DNA from: an uncultured Phycisphaeraceae bacterium
GTDB taxonomy: Bacteria > Planctomycetota > Phycisphaerae > WQYP01
Direction: 5' to 3'
Length of the DNA stretch: 64,000 nt
NCBI GenBank assembly: GCA_964610975.1
Contig: CAZSYN010000002.1
Location: forward strand, 216,076-280,075
The number at the start of each line of letters is the position of its first letter. Within the stretch, counting starts at the first letter, position 1. The notes under the pieces were generated by a model. That model was given only the letters and a program-made list of their open reading frames with translations. It ran no database searches and had not been told where the DNA came from. Positions 19,077 through 28,451 of this stretch are shown here, in pieces. The position numbers and the translations under genes were made by a program.

Positions 19077-19859
19077 TCAGTTCGGGTCTGTCAGCACTTC
19101 GCAGCCTGTCGGCGTGACGGCAATGGTGTGCTCGTAATGCGCGGCCGGCGTGCCGTCTTTGGTAACGACTGTCCATCCGTCATCAAGCAAGACGACTTCG
19201 TGACGGCCGAGGATCACCATCGGCTCAACGGCGAGCGTCATGCCGGGCTGAAGATAAAAATCGCCACGACGCAGGAATGCATCGTTGACGTAATTGGGGA
19301 CTTTCGGATCTTCGTGCATGTGCGTGCCGATGCCGTGGCCGACAAATTCGCGCACGGCCGACATCTTGTTATCTTCAACATATTTCTGCATCAGGCGCGC
19401 GACATCAGACCAACGCTTGCCGGGCTTAATCTCGCGGATGGCAAGGTTGAGCGTTTCTTCGGTGACGGCGCAGAGACGCTTGGCGTCTTCGCTGCCTTTG
19501 CCGACAACAACAGTCGTGGCAGAATCGCCGCAGTATCCGCCGATTTTGACGCCGCAATCAACAGAAAGCACATCACCTTCCTGAAGCTTTCGGTCACCGG
19601 GAATACCGTGCACAACTTCATCATTGATGCTCAGGCAGGTATTGCCGGGGAAACCTTTGCCGGGCTCGTATGTGGGATACCACTGAAAAAGACCCACGCC
19701 TCCGGCGGCGGTATACGTATCGTAAAGAATCTGGTCAAGCTCGCGTGTGGTCATGCCGGCTTTGGCCACTTCGCGCGCACGAAGTAAAGTACGGCCGACG
19801 ATGCGGCCAGCCTGGCGCATGAGATCAAGTTCACGACGCGATTTGAGCTGAATTGACAT
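19077..19859 (-). CDS. map: type I methionine aminopeptidase
   Basis: 260 aa. Metal-ligand context ...FVGHGIGTHMHEDPKVPNY... and ...TLAVEPMV... Lies at the end of the secY-adk-map cluster. Confidence 0.9.
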   Translation of the reverse strand: MSIQLKSRRELDLMRQAGRIVGRTLLRAREVAKAGMTTRELDQILYDTYTAAGGVGLFQWYPTYEPGKGFPGNTCLSINDEVVHGIPGDRKLQEGDVLSVDCGVKIGGYCGDSATTVVVGKGSEDAKRLCAVTEETLNLAIREIKPGKRWSDVARLMQKYVEDNKMSAVREFVGHGIGTHMHEDPKVPNYVNDAFLRRGDFYLQPGMTLAVEPMVILGRHEVVLLDDGWTVVTKDGTPAAHYEHTIAVTPTGCEVLTDPN

Positions 19860-19982
19860 GTATTATTCTCTTTTCGTGGCTGCTGTATGGCCCCAGGTTT
19901 TTAGCCCCGGGATAGGTTCGTTAACCCCGCCACTGGCGTTGACGCGCTTACCTCAGAGCATGTATGACACCCGGAGTATGAG

Positions 19983-20633
19983 TTAATCCTCAAAGTGCCG
20001 CTTGATTTTTTCAATCGTCGCTTTCGTCACTGAATCAATGCTGCCTGTGGCGTCTACTGTTTTCAGGCAACCAAGCTTTTTATAGTAGGCCAGGATCGGG
20101 TCCATTGTTTCTTTGTAAGTAGAAAGCCGCTGCTGAACCACTTCAGGTTTGTCGTCGGCGCGAATAATCAGCGCCGTACCGTCGTGATCACACTTGCCGG
20201 CAACCTTTGGCGGAAGCGATTCTATGTGATATACCGCCTGGCAGGTCGGGCAAATGCGCCGGCCTGAGAATCGGCGGGCAAGCGCCTCAAGAGGCACGTC
20301 AAAATTGAGAACAAGATTGAGCGGACGATCAAGCTCAAAAAGCATGCGATTTAGCGCTTGAGCTTGCACCAATGTACGGGGGAAACCATCAAGAACAAAG
20401 CCTTTTTCGATCTTCTGAATGTGCTCACGCATCAAAGAGAGCGTCAGCTCATCCGGAACAAGCTGGCCGGCGTCCATGTACTGCTTGATTTTGATACCGG
20501 CCGGTGTGCCTGCGGCTTTTTCGGCTCGCAGAATATCACCGCTTGACATGTGCTTGAGCCCGAATTCTTCACAAATCCGAGCCGCCTGTGTTCCCTTCCC
20601 CGCCCCTGGAGCACCCAGTAGCGCAATCCTCAT
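19983..20633 (-). CDS. adk: adenylate kinase
   Basis: MRIALLGAPGAGKGTQA P-loop. Zinc lid RRICPTCQAVYH...KCDHDG. Confidence 0.9.
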   Translation of the reverse strand: MRIALLGAPGAGKGTQAARICEEFGLKHMSSGDILRAEKAAGTPAGIKIKQYMDAGQLVPDELTLSLMREHIQKIEKGFVLDGFPRTLVQAQALNRMLFELDRPLNLVLNFDVPLEALARRFSGRRICPTCQAVYHIESLPPKVAGKCDHDGTALIIRADDKPEVVQQRLSTYKETMDPILAYYKKLGCLKTVDATGSIDSVTKATIEKIKRHFED

Positions 20634-20790
20634 TTTCTGATACCTCGGGCATCAGGCGTCAACATCTTGCGAACACCTTTTGCCGGACAAACGCACTCAT
20701 GAATGAGAGAATATCTGACGACGAGAGAATAAGGAGGCCATCGCACGCGCGCACTCTCTCATTCTTGATTCTCTCATCCGCTCGTTGGCG

Positions 20791-20882
20791 TCTATAGAGC
20801 GTTCATCAAAAGTATTCGGGGCCATCTGCTGGTCTGCCAGCCGATCTGGCTTCCCGCTACCTTTAATACACGCTCTTAGGCC
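20791..20882. mobile_element. MITE-like element, short (~90 bp) internally deleted copy B, inverted relative to copy A
   Basis: The reverse complement of 20848-20882 is cctaagagcgtgtattaaaggtagcgggaagcc, 32 of 33 identical to the copy A left end. The internal ggctggcagaccagcagatggcccc block is shared with copy A. It sits between the secY stop and the adk start, and its terminal repeat contains the secY stop codon. Confidence 0.5.
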
Positions 20883-22363
20883 GCGGGCTGTGATCCGCGA
20901 ACCGGGCCGCCTTTGGTCTTTTTGAGTTTGGCTCCGTTACCGCCATCTTCAAGAAAACCACCGTAGTTACGCATCACAAGGTTTGCTTCAATACGGTTAA
21001 CAAGATCAAGCATCACGCTGATCACAATCAGCAGGCCCGTACCGCCCAAAAAGCTGCTGACAGTGAAGCTGACATCAAAAAACTTATAAACGACAGACGG
21101 GATCACGGCGATCACGCACAAGAATGCCGCGCCGACATACGTCATGCGGTTCATCACATTCTCAAGATACTCGGCCGTGCGCGGACCGGGACGCAAACCC
21201 GGAATAAAGCTGCCGTAATCACGAAGCTGATTGGCCATTTCCTTCGGCTGAAACTGAACGGTATTCCAGAAATAGCTGAAGAAGAAAATCATGCCGATAT
21301 ACATAAATTCGTAAAGGAACTCGCCGATATCAAAACCGCGGCCCAGGGAGATCGTAAACGTGTTGGGCCAGCGATCGACAATCATGCGGATACCCGCATG
21401 CGGGAAGAGCATCAGCGAACTGGCGAAAATGATCGGCATGACGCCAGCGTGGTTGACGCGCAGAGGCAGGTACTGCTTCTGGCCGCCGTAAACCTTGCGG
21501 CCACGCAGATGCTTGGCCTGCTGAATCGGAATGCGGCGCTGAGCCTGCGTAATCAGGATTGAGCCGGCCACGACAAACACAAAGCAGGCTGCCAACACCA
21601 GGACCACAAGCAGACCATACTTCGGCTGGCCGGAGTTCATCATGCGGCCGACATTCTGAAATGCCTCAACAAGATTGCCGCCGAGATGCCAGTCTTTGAA
21701 GAGAATATTAAAGAAATTGGTAAACGCGGATTGAGAGTAAACCTCATGGATTGCGTTGGGCAGGCGGCTGACGATACCGGCCGTGATGATCAGCGATACG
21801 CCGTTGCCGATGCCGTACTGGTCAATCTGCTCGCCAAGCCACATCAGGAACATACTGCCGGCAGTAAGAACCGTCAGGCCCATGACCCAGAACAAAAGCG
21901 GATGATCTTCGCTCATGAACGGATAAAGCAACTCATTGCGGCTTGAGGCCAGGGTCCACATCCACCATCCGCCCTGAATCAGGCAGATCAGCACGGTAAG
22001 GTAACGCGTCCACTCGTTGATTTTGCGAATGCCCGGCTCGCCTTCCTTTTTGAGTTTTTCAAGGCTCGGCACAACCGTGGCCAAAAGCTGCAAGATAATG
22101 GATGCGGAAATGTACGGCATAATGCCCAGGCCGAAAATACGCGACTGGGACAAATCACCGCCGGAGAAGACCGACATGTAATTGGCCAACGCGCCGAAGG
22201 CTGTGTTGGCGCTTTCCTGCGCCTGACGCAGAACGTTTTCGGCATTGACGCCAGGCAAGGGCAAGGCGTAACCGATGCGATACACCACCAGCATGCCGAG
22301 AGTAAAGAGCAGTTTGTTACGCAGTTCCGGAATACGAAACGTGTTCGTGAGCGTTTTAATCAC
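20876..22363 (-). CDS. secY: preprotein translocase subunit SecY
   Basis: MIKTLTNTFRIPELRNKLLFTLGMLVVYRIGYALPLPGVN...; 10 TM helices. 495 aa with a basic C-terminal tail. Confidence 0.9.
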   Translation of the reverse strand: MIKTLTNTFRIPELRNKLLFTLGMLVVYRIGYALPLPGVNAENVLRQAQESANTAFGALANYMSVFSGGDLSQSRIFGLGIMPYISASIILQLLATVVPSLEKLKKEGEPGIRKINEWTRYLTVLICLIQGGWWMWTLASSRNELLYPFMSEDHPLLFWVMGLTVLTAGSMFLMWLGEQIDQYGIGNGVSLIITAGIVSRLPNAIHEVYSQSAFTNFFNILFKDWHLGGNLVEAFQNVGRMMNSGQPKYGLLVVLVLAACFVFVVAGSILITQAQRRIPIQQAKHLRGRKVYGGQKQYLPLRVNHAGVMPIIFASSLMLFPHAGIRMIVDRWPNTFTISLGRGFDIGEFLYEFMYIGMIFFFSYFWNTVQFQPKEMANQLRDYGSFIPGLRPGPRTAEYLENVMNRMTYVGAAFLCVIAVIPSVVYKFFDVSFTVSSFLGGTGLLIVISVMLDLVNRIEANLVMRNYGGFLEDGGNGAKLKKTKGGPVRGSQPAA

Positions 22364-22600
22364 GCAAGATCCCCGTAAATGGCGTTCTCAGACCCGTTGA
22401 CAATCACCTCATGATTCGCCTGCTCATGGCACTGGCCGCAACGCGGCTGCCGCATACAGGAAAACGATTCATACCGGCGATACGATTTATGCATCATCCG
22501 CACGTATCCGACTTTGAGACAAGCGTGCGGCAGACATTCTATATTATCCGATTTACGTTGCTTAACCAAGCAACAACGGCCAGTGCGATCCTGAATTGCA

Positions 22601-22655
22601 GGATAAAAACAAGCTATAAAGCGCAAAACCCTCGGCGAAGGCCGAGGGTTTTGTG
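22601..22655 (-). terminator. hairpin + U-rich tract downstream of rplO (putative intrinsic terminator / attenuator before secY)
   Basis: aaaaccctcggc-gaag-gccgagggtttt is a 12-bp stem. On the minus strand it is followed by gcgctttatagcttgtttttatcc. Confidence 0.45.
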
Positions 22656-22704
22656 TATTTCAACATGAGCGGACAGAAGCCCGTCGGCTTGCCGGCATCC
22701 GTGA

Positions 22705-23235
22705 TTATTTTTTCGCCTTCGCGGGTTCTTTCTTCTGCGAAACGAACTTGCCAGTCTTCGGGTTAACCTTGCCCTTGTTGCGATCAAGCTCAAGGACTTC
22801 GGTTGTGCCGCCGGCCTTGGCGATCTTGTCAGCGGCCTGCTTGCTGAACTTACCGGCCACGACGGTGAACTTCTTGGTCAGCTCGCCATCGCCGAGAACC
22901 TTGACCGGGAAACGTTCATCGCGAACCAGACCCTTTGAGATCAGCGCGCTAAGGTCAATCTTGGCGCCGGCGTCAAAGTTCTTTTCGAGATCGCTGACGT
23001 TCACAATGCTGAAGTTCTGGCGGAATACGTTGTTATTAAAGCCGCGCTTGGGAAGACGGCGATACAGCGGCATTGCGCCGCCTTCTGAACCATACTTGAT
23101 GGCTCCGCCCGCACGAGCGCCTGAACCTTTGGTGCCGCGGCCCGAGGTTTTGCCACGGCCCGAGGACTCGCCACGGCCCACGCGGATACGCTTTTTGTGA
23201 GCACCTGCCTGGGCGGTAATTTCGTGAATCATCAT
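22705..23235 (-). CDS. rplO: 50S ribosomal protein L15
   Basis: GRGESSGRGKTSGRGTKG...GAMPLYRRLPKRGF. Carries a Lys-rich C-terminal extension of about 28 aa. Confidence 0.9.
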   Translation of the reverse strand: MMIHEITAQAGAHKKRIRVGRGESSGRGKTSGRGTKGSGARAGGAIKYGSEGGAMPLYRRLPKRGFNNNVFRQNFSIVNVSDLEKNFDAGAKIDLSALISKGLVRDERFPVKVLGDGELTKKFTVVAGKFSKQAADKIAKAGGTTEVLELDRNKGKVNPKTGKFVSQKKEPAKAKK

Positions 23236-23441
23236 AGTACATTACTCCTTGCGGGAAAATCAGCCACGGCCATCTGAATCCAGAAGACAGGCCGCCGAAA
23301 AAGCTCGGAAACTGATTTTCCCTCGCTCTTCACTCAGAAAATCGCGGTCAGCCAAGCTGCCGCACAATACGCCGCGGAGTAACTTCATCTGGATTCAGTA
23401 CTCACGGGGCGAAACAGACACTTTTACCAGATTTTGCGAGT

Positions 23442-23480
23442 TAAAAAAAGCCCCGGGGATAAAACCCCGGGGTCTTATTT
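23442..23480 (-). terminator. GC-rich hairpin with flanking A/T runs between rpsE and rplO (putative intrinsic terminator, bidirectional)
   Basis: gccccggggataaaaccccggggtc. On the minus strand it is followed by ctttttttaa, on plus by ttatttc. The rpsE-rplO spacer is 310 nt and there is no L30 gene. Confidence 0.5.
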
Positions 23481-23545
23481 CAACATTGATATCCGGGTTA
23501 ACGGACATGCCGCAGAGAAAAGACTCTGAAGCTTCAGATTGATAC

Positions 23546-24034
23546 TTAGCTCAGCGAGATAGCGCGATCGGACTCAACGGTTTCGCGTGAGCGGAGGCTC
23601 TTGAGCGCGGCCAGAGCGGCTTTGCTCAGGTTGCGCTTGTTGGTTGAGCCGTAAGCTTTGGTCAGGATGTCCTTGATGCCGACGAGTTCAAGCACCGGAC
23701 GAACCGACTTACCTGCCTTGATGCCGGTACCCGGACGGGCCGGTACGAGGCGGATTGACGAAGCGCCGAACTGGCCGGTGACTTCGTGCGGAATGGTGCC
23801 GCCGACGAGCGGAACCTGAATCATGCTGCGGCGAGCGTCTTTGGTCGCCTTTTCAACCGCGGCCGGAACTTCTTTGGCTTTGGCATAACCAATGCCGATT
23901 GAGCCGTTGCGGTCGCCAGTTGCCACGAGCGCTTCAAACGCGAAGTTTTTGCCGCCCTTGACCACCTTGGCTGAACGGAATACGCCGATCGTGCTTGACT
24001 CGACGCCCTGATCTTTTTCAAATCGTTCGTTCAT
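23546..24034 (-). CDS. rpsE: 30S ribosomal protein S5
   Basis: GGKNFAFEALVATGDRNGSIGIGYAKAKEVPAAVEKA. Confidence 0.9.
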   Translation of the reverse strand: MNERFEKDQGVESSTIGVFRSAKVVKGGKNFAFEALVATGDRNGSIGIGYAKAKEVPAAVEKATKDARRSMIQVPLVGGTIPHEVTGQFGASSIRLVPARPGTGIKAGKSVRPVLELVGIKDILTKAYGSTNKRNLSKAALAALKSLRSRETVESDRAISLS

Positions 24035-24094
24035 TTTATCATCCAGTTTTTGCTGTCTGCGATCCCGACAGGCATAAGCCTAACTTGACACAAC

Positions 24095-24472
24095 TTAGAA
24101 CTGCAAGCCGCCTTCGCGAGCTGCATCGGCCAGAGCCTTGATGCGGCCATGATAGCGGTAGCCGTTACGATCAAAAGCAACCTTCGTGACGCCGGCGGCT
24201 TTGGCTTTTTCAGCCACGGCCTTGCCGATGACCACGGCAGCCTTGACGTTGCCGCCGTGCTTGATGCTGCCGGCTTCTGCAACGCCCTTCTGGCGGCTTG
24301 AAGCGGCGGCAAGCGTGCGGCCGGTCTGATCATCAATCACCTGAGCCTCAATATGCTTGAGGCTGCGGTACACGCACAGACGCGGACGTTCAGTTGTTCC
24401 GCGAACCGCGCCCTTGACCCGCGAATTACGATTTTCGTAACGGGCCCGTTTAATTTTATGAATCGTGCTCAT
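24095..24472 (-). CDS. rplR: 50S ribosomal protein L18
   Basis: [20 protein letters not shown]...[27 protein letters not shown]. Confidence 0.9.
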   Translation of the reverse strand: MSTIHKIKRARYENRNSRVKGAVRGTTERPRLCVYRSLKHIEAQVIDDQTGRTLAAASSRQKGVAEAGSIKHGGNVKAAVVIGKAVAEKAKAAGVTKVAFDRNGYRYHGRIKALADAAREGGLQF

Positions 24473-24541
24473 TGTTCAATCCATCTTATATAGTGCCGGT
24501 TTCCGATAAGGGTTCGGAAGGTCCGGAAAATTTGAATCAGA

Positions 24542-25096
24542 TTACTTAGCACCCGCACCAGCGAACTGCTTACCGACCTTACGGCGGACACTTTCACCGA
24601 CGTAACGGATACCCTTGCCCTGGTAAGGCTCAGGCTTGCGCTGACGGCGGATGTCGGCGGCGAGCTGGCCAACGGCCTGCTTGTCGGGGCCGCTGATATT
24701 GATCTTCAGGCCCTGGCCGTCAATCTTGACCGCCACGCCATCCGGAACCGCAACTTCAATCTGGTTGGCAAAGCCAACAGACAGGATAACCACTTTACCC
24801 TTGAGCTCGGCTTTGTAACCGACGCCCTGAATTTCAAGATCTTTGACGTAACCTTCGCTGACGCCCTTGACATTGTTGGCAATCAGAGCGCGCGTGAGGC
24901 CGTGTACTGAACGGGAAATTTTCTCATCATCAGCGCGAGTCACAATCACGTGATCGCCTTCTACCTTGACGCTGACGGCCGGGTGATGCTCAAGAACGAG
25001 CTTACCCTTGGGGCCTTCAAAATTGATCGTGCGACCATTGATCGCGATCTTGACGTTTTTGGGGAAAGCGACGGGCTTTTTACCGATACGACTCAT
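24542..25096 (-). CDS. rplF: 50S ribosomal protein L6
   Basis: MSRIGKKPVAFPKNVKIAINGRTINFEGPKGKL. Confidence 0.9.
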   Translation of the reverse strand: MSRIGKKPVAFPKNVKIAINGRTINFEGPKGKLVLEHHPAVSVKVEGDHVIVTRADDEKISRSVHGLTRALIANNVKGVSEGYVKDLEIQGVGYKAELKGKVVILSVGFANQIEVAVPDGVAVKIDGQGLKINISGPDKQAVGQLAADIRRQRKPEPYQGKGIRYVGESVRRKVGKQFAGAGAK

Positions 25097-25216
25097 GACT
25101 CACCTCTATTTGCCGTCCGGTACCATCCCCGCCACATGCGAGGGCCTTCCGGCATTATTGAATATTCTTCAGCGGCCCCTTGCGGGGTTACGGCCTTTTG
25201 GGCCAAGCCGCATATC

Positions 25217-25612
25217 TTACTCGATCGTGGCCAGCAATTCACCACCGACGTTTTCCTGGCGCGCCTTGCGATCAGACATCACGCCGCGCGAGGTGGAGAG
25301 AATCGCCACGCCCAGACCCTGAATGATCTTCGGGAGGTTGTTCACGTCACGGTAGACGCGGCAACCGGGCTTGCTTACGCGCTTGATCTCGCGGATCACG
25401 CGCTCGCCGGCCGGGGTGTATTTGATGGTCAGGCGGATCAGGCCCTGCTTGGTGCCGTCATCCAGCACAGCAAAGTCCGTCACATAACCTTCATCCTTGA
25501 GCACCTGGGCAATGCCCTGGCAGATCTTGGAATTTTTCACGTCCACCGTTTTATGCTTCGCACCAACAGCGTTGCGAAGACGGGTGAGCATGTCAGCAAT
25601 CGTATCGCTCAT
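25217..25612 (-). CDS. rpsH: 30S ribosomal protein S8
   Basis: MSDTIADMLTRLRNA... Confidence 0.9.
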   Translation of the reverse strand: MSDTIADMLTRLRNAVGAKHKTVDVKNSKICQGIAQVLKDEGYVTDFAVLDDGTKQGLIRLTIKYTPAGERVIREIKRVSKPGCRVYRDVNNLPKIIQGLGVAILSTSRGVMSDRKARQENVGGELLATIE

Positions 25613-25718
25613 AGTATCCTCGGGAAGTCGTCAAAAGTTTAGCAGGCTAAACGGGCTTATCTGGTTAAGCATCATTTTCGCTTAACACGGACCTCGTTTA
25701 ACTTGGTCCCTGTCTTGT

Positions 25719-25988
25719 TTACCAGCTCGATTTTTTCAGACCCGGAATCAGACCCTTGTGGCCCAGTTCGCGGAGCATGATACGGCTGATTTTGAACTTG
25801 CGGTAATATCCGCGGCGGCGACCAGTCAGCTCGCAACGACGAGCCAGACGGGTGATGCTTGAATCGCGCGGAAGCTTGGCAAGAGCCGCCCAATTCTTCT
25901 CAGCCTTGAGTTGCCGACGCTTTTCAGCGTACTTTTCAATCAGCGCGAGCCGTTTCTGATACCGATTTTTCCATGCCGTCGTCGCCAT
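25719..25988 (-). CDS. rpsN: 30S ribosomal protein S14
   Basis: [13 protein letters not shown]...LPRDSS...[11 protein letters not shown]. Start placed at the internal Met of the track ORF, by alignment to S14. Confidence 0.85.
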   Translation of the reverse strand: MATTAWKNRYQKRLALIEKYAEKRRQLKAEKNWAALAKLPRDSSITRLARRCELTGRRRGYYRKFKISRIMLRELGHKGLIPGLKKSSW

Positions 25989-26048
25989 AGAATCCTCAAT
26001 TATGAGCCTGATCCGCAATGACATCGCAAATCAGGCACTTTCTTGAAC

Positions 26049-26831
26049 TTAACCAGCCTTCTTTACTTCATCCACACGGAACGGCATGCCCAGCGCCTTC
26101 AGAAGCGCGCGGCTGTTAACATCGTTGCCGCCGGTCATCTGAATGGTGATGTTCATACCCTGATGGAATGTCAGGGCTGCCGTATCCACTTCCGGGAACA
26201 CTGACTGTTCAGTCAGGCCCATTGAATAGTTGCCGCGGCCGTCAAAACCCTTGGGGTTCAGACCACGGAAGTCTTTGACACGCGGAATCGCCAGGTTGAT
26301 CAGACGATCAAGAAATTCCCACATGCGCTGGCCGCGCAGGGTAACCTTGGCGCCGATCTCCATGCCTTCACGCAGTTTAAAGTTTGACACGCTCTTGCGA
26401 GCCTTGCAAACCACGGCCTTCTGGCCGGCGATCAGGGTCAGATCCTTAAGGGCTGCTTCAAGACGCGGCTTTTCAGCAATCGCCTTGCCCAAACCCATCG
26501 AAATCACAATCTTGTCGATACGCGGGACAGCCAGCAGGTTGTCGAGCTTAAGCTCTGTCTCAAGCTGCGGAACGACTTTCTCAACGTAGGCCTTCTGAAG
26601 ACGCGGCTTATAGCCGGCTGGGAAAGCGGCAGGACCAGCCGCTTCTTCTTTGCCCTTGCGGCCTTTGGCCTTCGGAGCTTCTTCAGCGGCGGCTTCTTCG
26701 CCCTTGCCTTCTTTGGCTTTGGCGGCCATCTCAGCCTTCTTGGCAGCTTTGGCAGCCTTTTCGGCTTCAATCTGCTCAGCCGACTTGGCCGGCTTCTTCT
26801 CTTGTTTCTTATCTTCTTTGTCTTTGGCCAT
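26049..26831 (-). CDS. rplE: 50S ribosomal protein L5 with ~80-aa Lys/Ala/Glu-rich N-terminal extension
   Basis: The conserved L5 core starts about 85 residues into the ORF (...PRIDKIVISMGLGKA...RGQRMWEFLDRL...FDGRGNYSMGLTEQ). Start chosen at MAKDKEDKK, which is preceded by aaGGAGAgcc. There is no later in-frame Met closer than 40 aa before the core. Confidence 0.85.
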   Translation of the reverse strand: MAKDKEDKKQEKKPAKSAEQIEAEKAAKAAKKAEMAAKAKEGKGEEAAAEEAPKAKGRKGKEEAAGPAAFPAGYKPRLQKAYVEKVVPQLETELKLDNLLAVPRIDKIVISMGLGKAIAEKPRLEAALKDLTLIAGQKAVVCKARKSVSNFKLREGMEIGAKVTLRGQRMWEFLDRLINLAIPRVKDFRGLNPKGFDGRGNYSMGLTEQSVFPEVDTAALTFHQGMNITIQMTGGNDVNSRALLKALGMPFRVDEVKKAG

Positions 26832-26903
26832 TGCTGGCTCTCCTTTATGCCGCCCCAAGCTGTTCTTGGTTACGGTGTGCGCCGCTTAAGCAGCGTAAAT
26901 CAG

Positions 26904-27233
26904 TTACTTCTTGGCGATCACGCCCAGGTCTGAACCGGTCTTGGCGGCCACGCGGTGCTTGGCACCCTCAATCACGGCAGACTTCACGCGGCAGCCTTTA
27001 TTGGTCTTGGGATCGATCGGCTGAACCTTGCAGGCCTGAATCCAAGCTTCGCGCTGGATGCGGCTGCCTTTGGGGTTCTGCTGGGTCGGCTTGAGGTGTT
27101 TCCATTGAACGGCCACACCTTCAATTTTGACCTTGCCGTTTTTCGGATCAATGGCAATAACCTTGCCGGTCTTGCCCTTGTCATCGCCCGAGCGAACGAA
27201 GACCATGTCATCTTTTTTGATACGCGATGCCAT
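26904..27233 (-). CDS. rplX: 50S ribosomal protein L24
   Basis: MASRIKKDDMVFVRSGDDKGKTGKVIAI is the KOW motif. Confidence 0.9.
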   Translation of the reverse strand: MASRIKKDDMVFVRSGDDKGKTGKVIAIDPKNGKVKIEGVAVQWKHLKPTQQNPKGSRIQREAWIQACKVQPIDPKTNKGCRVKSAVIEGAKHRVAAKTGSDLGVIAKK

Positions 27234-27281
27234 TTTTTATTCCTCACATCACGGTGCTTTTCAGCGCCGCTGCTTATCCTT

Positions 27282-27668
27282 TTAGACCACTTCGCTGGCC
27301 AGGGAGACGATCTTCATGAAATTCTTTTCACGCAGTTCACGGGCGACCGCGCCGAAGATGCGCGTGCCTTTGGGGTTACCGTCGCCGTCGACGATCACGC
27401 AGGCGTTACGGTCAAAGCGCACATAGGAACCGTCCGAGCGGCGGGTCGTCTGCTTGGTGCGGACGATCACGGCCTTCTGAACGTCGTGAAGCTTGACATC
27501 GCCATTGGGAGCAGCCGTCTTGACGGCAATCACGATCAGATCGCCGATGGCGGCGACTTTACGCTTAAACTTGCCGCGGGCGGTTGAACCACCGAGCACC
27601 TTGATGCACATGCAGGTCTTGGCGCCGGTGTTGTCGGCAACGTCGAGTCTGGTTTGCTGTTGAATCAT
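27282..27668 (-). CDS. rplN: 50S ribosomal protein L14
   Basis: [17 protein letters not shown]... Confidence 0.9.
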   Translation of the reverse strand: MIQQQTRLDVADNTGAKTCMCIKVLGGSTARGKFKRKVAAIGDLIVIAVKTAAPNGDVKLHDVQKAVIVRTKQTTRRSDGSYVRFDRNACVIVDGDGNPKGTRIFGAVARELREKNFMKIVSLASEVV

Positions 27669-27762
27669 ATTCCACCTAAAGGCTAAATTCTGAATGCTGA
27701 AGGCTAAAAGGGCTGACTCGTTGTTCTCAGCCTTTAGCCTTTATCCTTCAGCCTTAGCGTCC

Positions 27763-28134
27763 TTATTCCTTAGCTGGCTCAGCCGCGGGAGCCGCTTCTT
27801 CCTTCTTCTTCTCAAACATCTGCGAGGCTTCGCCTTGCAGGATGCTGGTATCGATCTGCTGCGCCTTGATGACCACGCGCACCAGACGGTAGCACTTGGT
27901 CTTGCTGATCGGGCGGCAGCTCATCACTTCCACCTGATCGCCAAGACGCGACTCATTCTTTTCATCATGCACATGAAGCACGGTCTGGCGCTTCACGTAC
28001 TTGTTGTACTTTGAGTGCTTTGAGAGGTACTCAAAGACAACCTTGCGGGTCTTGTTGACTTTATCGCTTACGACGACCCCGATCATACGGGGGCGAAGCT
28101 TGCGTTTGCTCTTTTCTGTCGCAGCAGTGGTCAT
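27763..28134 (-). CDS. rpsQ: 30S ribosomal protein S17 (with N- and C-terminal extensions)
   Basis: GVVVSDKVNKTRKVV...KLHVHDEKNE...CRPISKTKCYRLVRVV. Confidence 0.85.
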   Translation of the reverse strand: MTTAATEKSKRKLRPRMIGVVVSDKVNKTRKVVFEYLSKHSKYNKYVKRQTVLHVHDEKNESRLGDQVEVMSCRPISKTKCYRLVRVVIKAQQIDTSILQGEASQMFEKKKEEAAPAAEPAKE

Positions 28135-28199
28135 TGTTCAGCGTCCAGTTTCAGTGTTCTTATCCCAGACAGGCCAAAGCCTGTCGCATTTCCCTGTTA

Positions 28200-28406
28200 T
28201 TACTTCTTGGCAGCGATTTGACGCTGCTTGAGAATCGTGTTGATGCGAGCGATATCTTTTCTCGCTTCGCGCGCCACGTTCGGTTTGGGCTTTTCCTGAT
28301 TCTGCGCGGTGCGCAGATCAAAAACCTTGCGGCGCAGTTCGGCTTCTTTTTCCTTGAGCGTCGCGTCGTCGAGCTTTTTGAGTTCATCCAAAGCCATGTC
28401 ATTCAT
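28200..28406 (-). CDS. rpmC: 50S ribosomal protein L29
   Basis: LKKLDDATLKEKEAELRRKVFDLRTAQ. The overlapping 28160-28402 ORF in another frame is judged spurious. Confidence 0.85.
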   Translation of the reverse strand: MNDMALDELKKLDDATLKEKEAELRRKVFDLRTAQNQEKPKPNVAREARKDIARINTILKQRQIAAKK

Positions 28407-28451
28407 CCTATCAATTCGGGGTCTTAATCAAGACCGCCAGCATTAACAATC

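Noticed and set aside
24031-24336. 101-aa ORF overlapping rplR in another frame, plus many similar shadow ORFs throughout the ribosomal cluster (for example 28160-28402, 28424-28816, 30606-30917, 32710-32997)
   Set aside because: They lie in alternative frames or antisense to unmistakable ribosomal protein genes. They are Arg/Ala/Pro-rich and typical of high-GC shadow ORFs.
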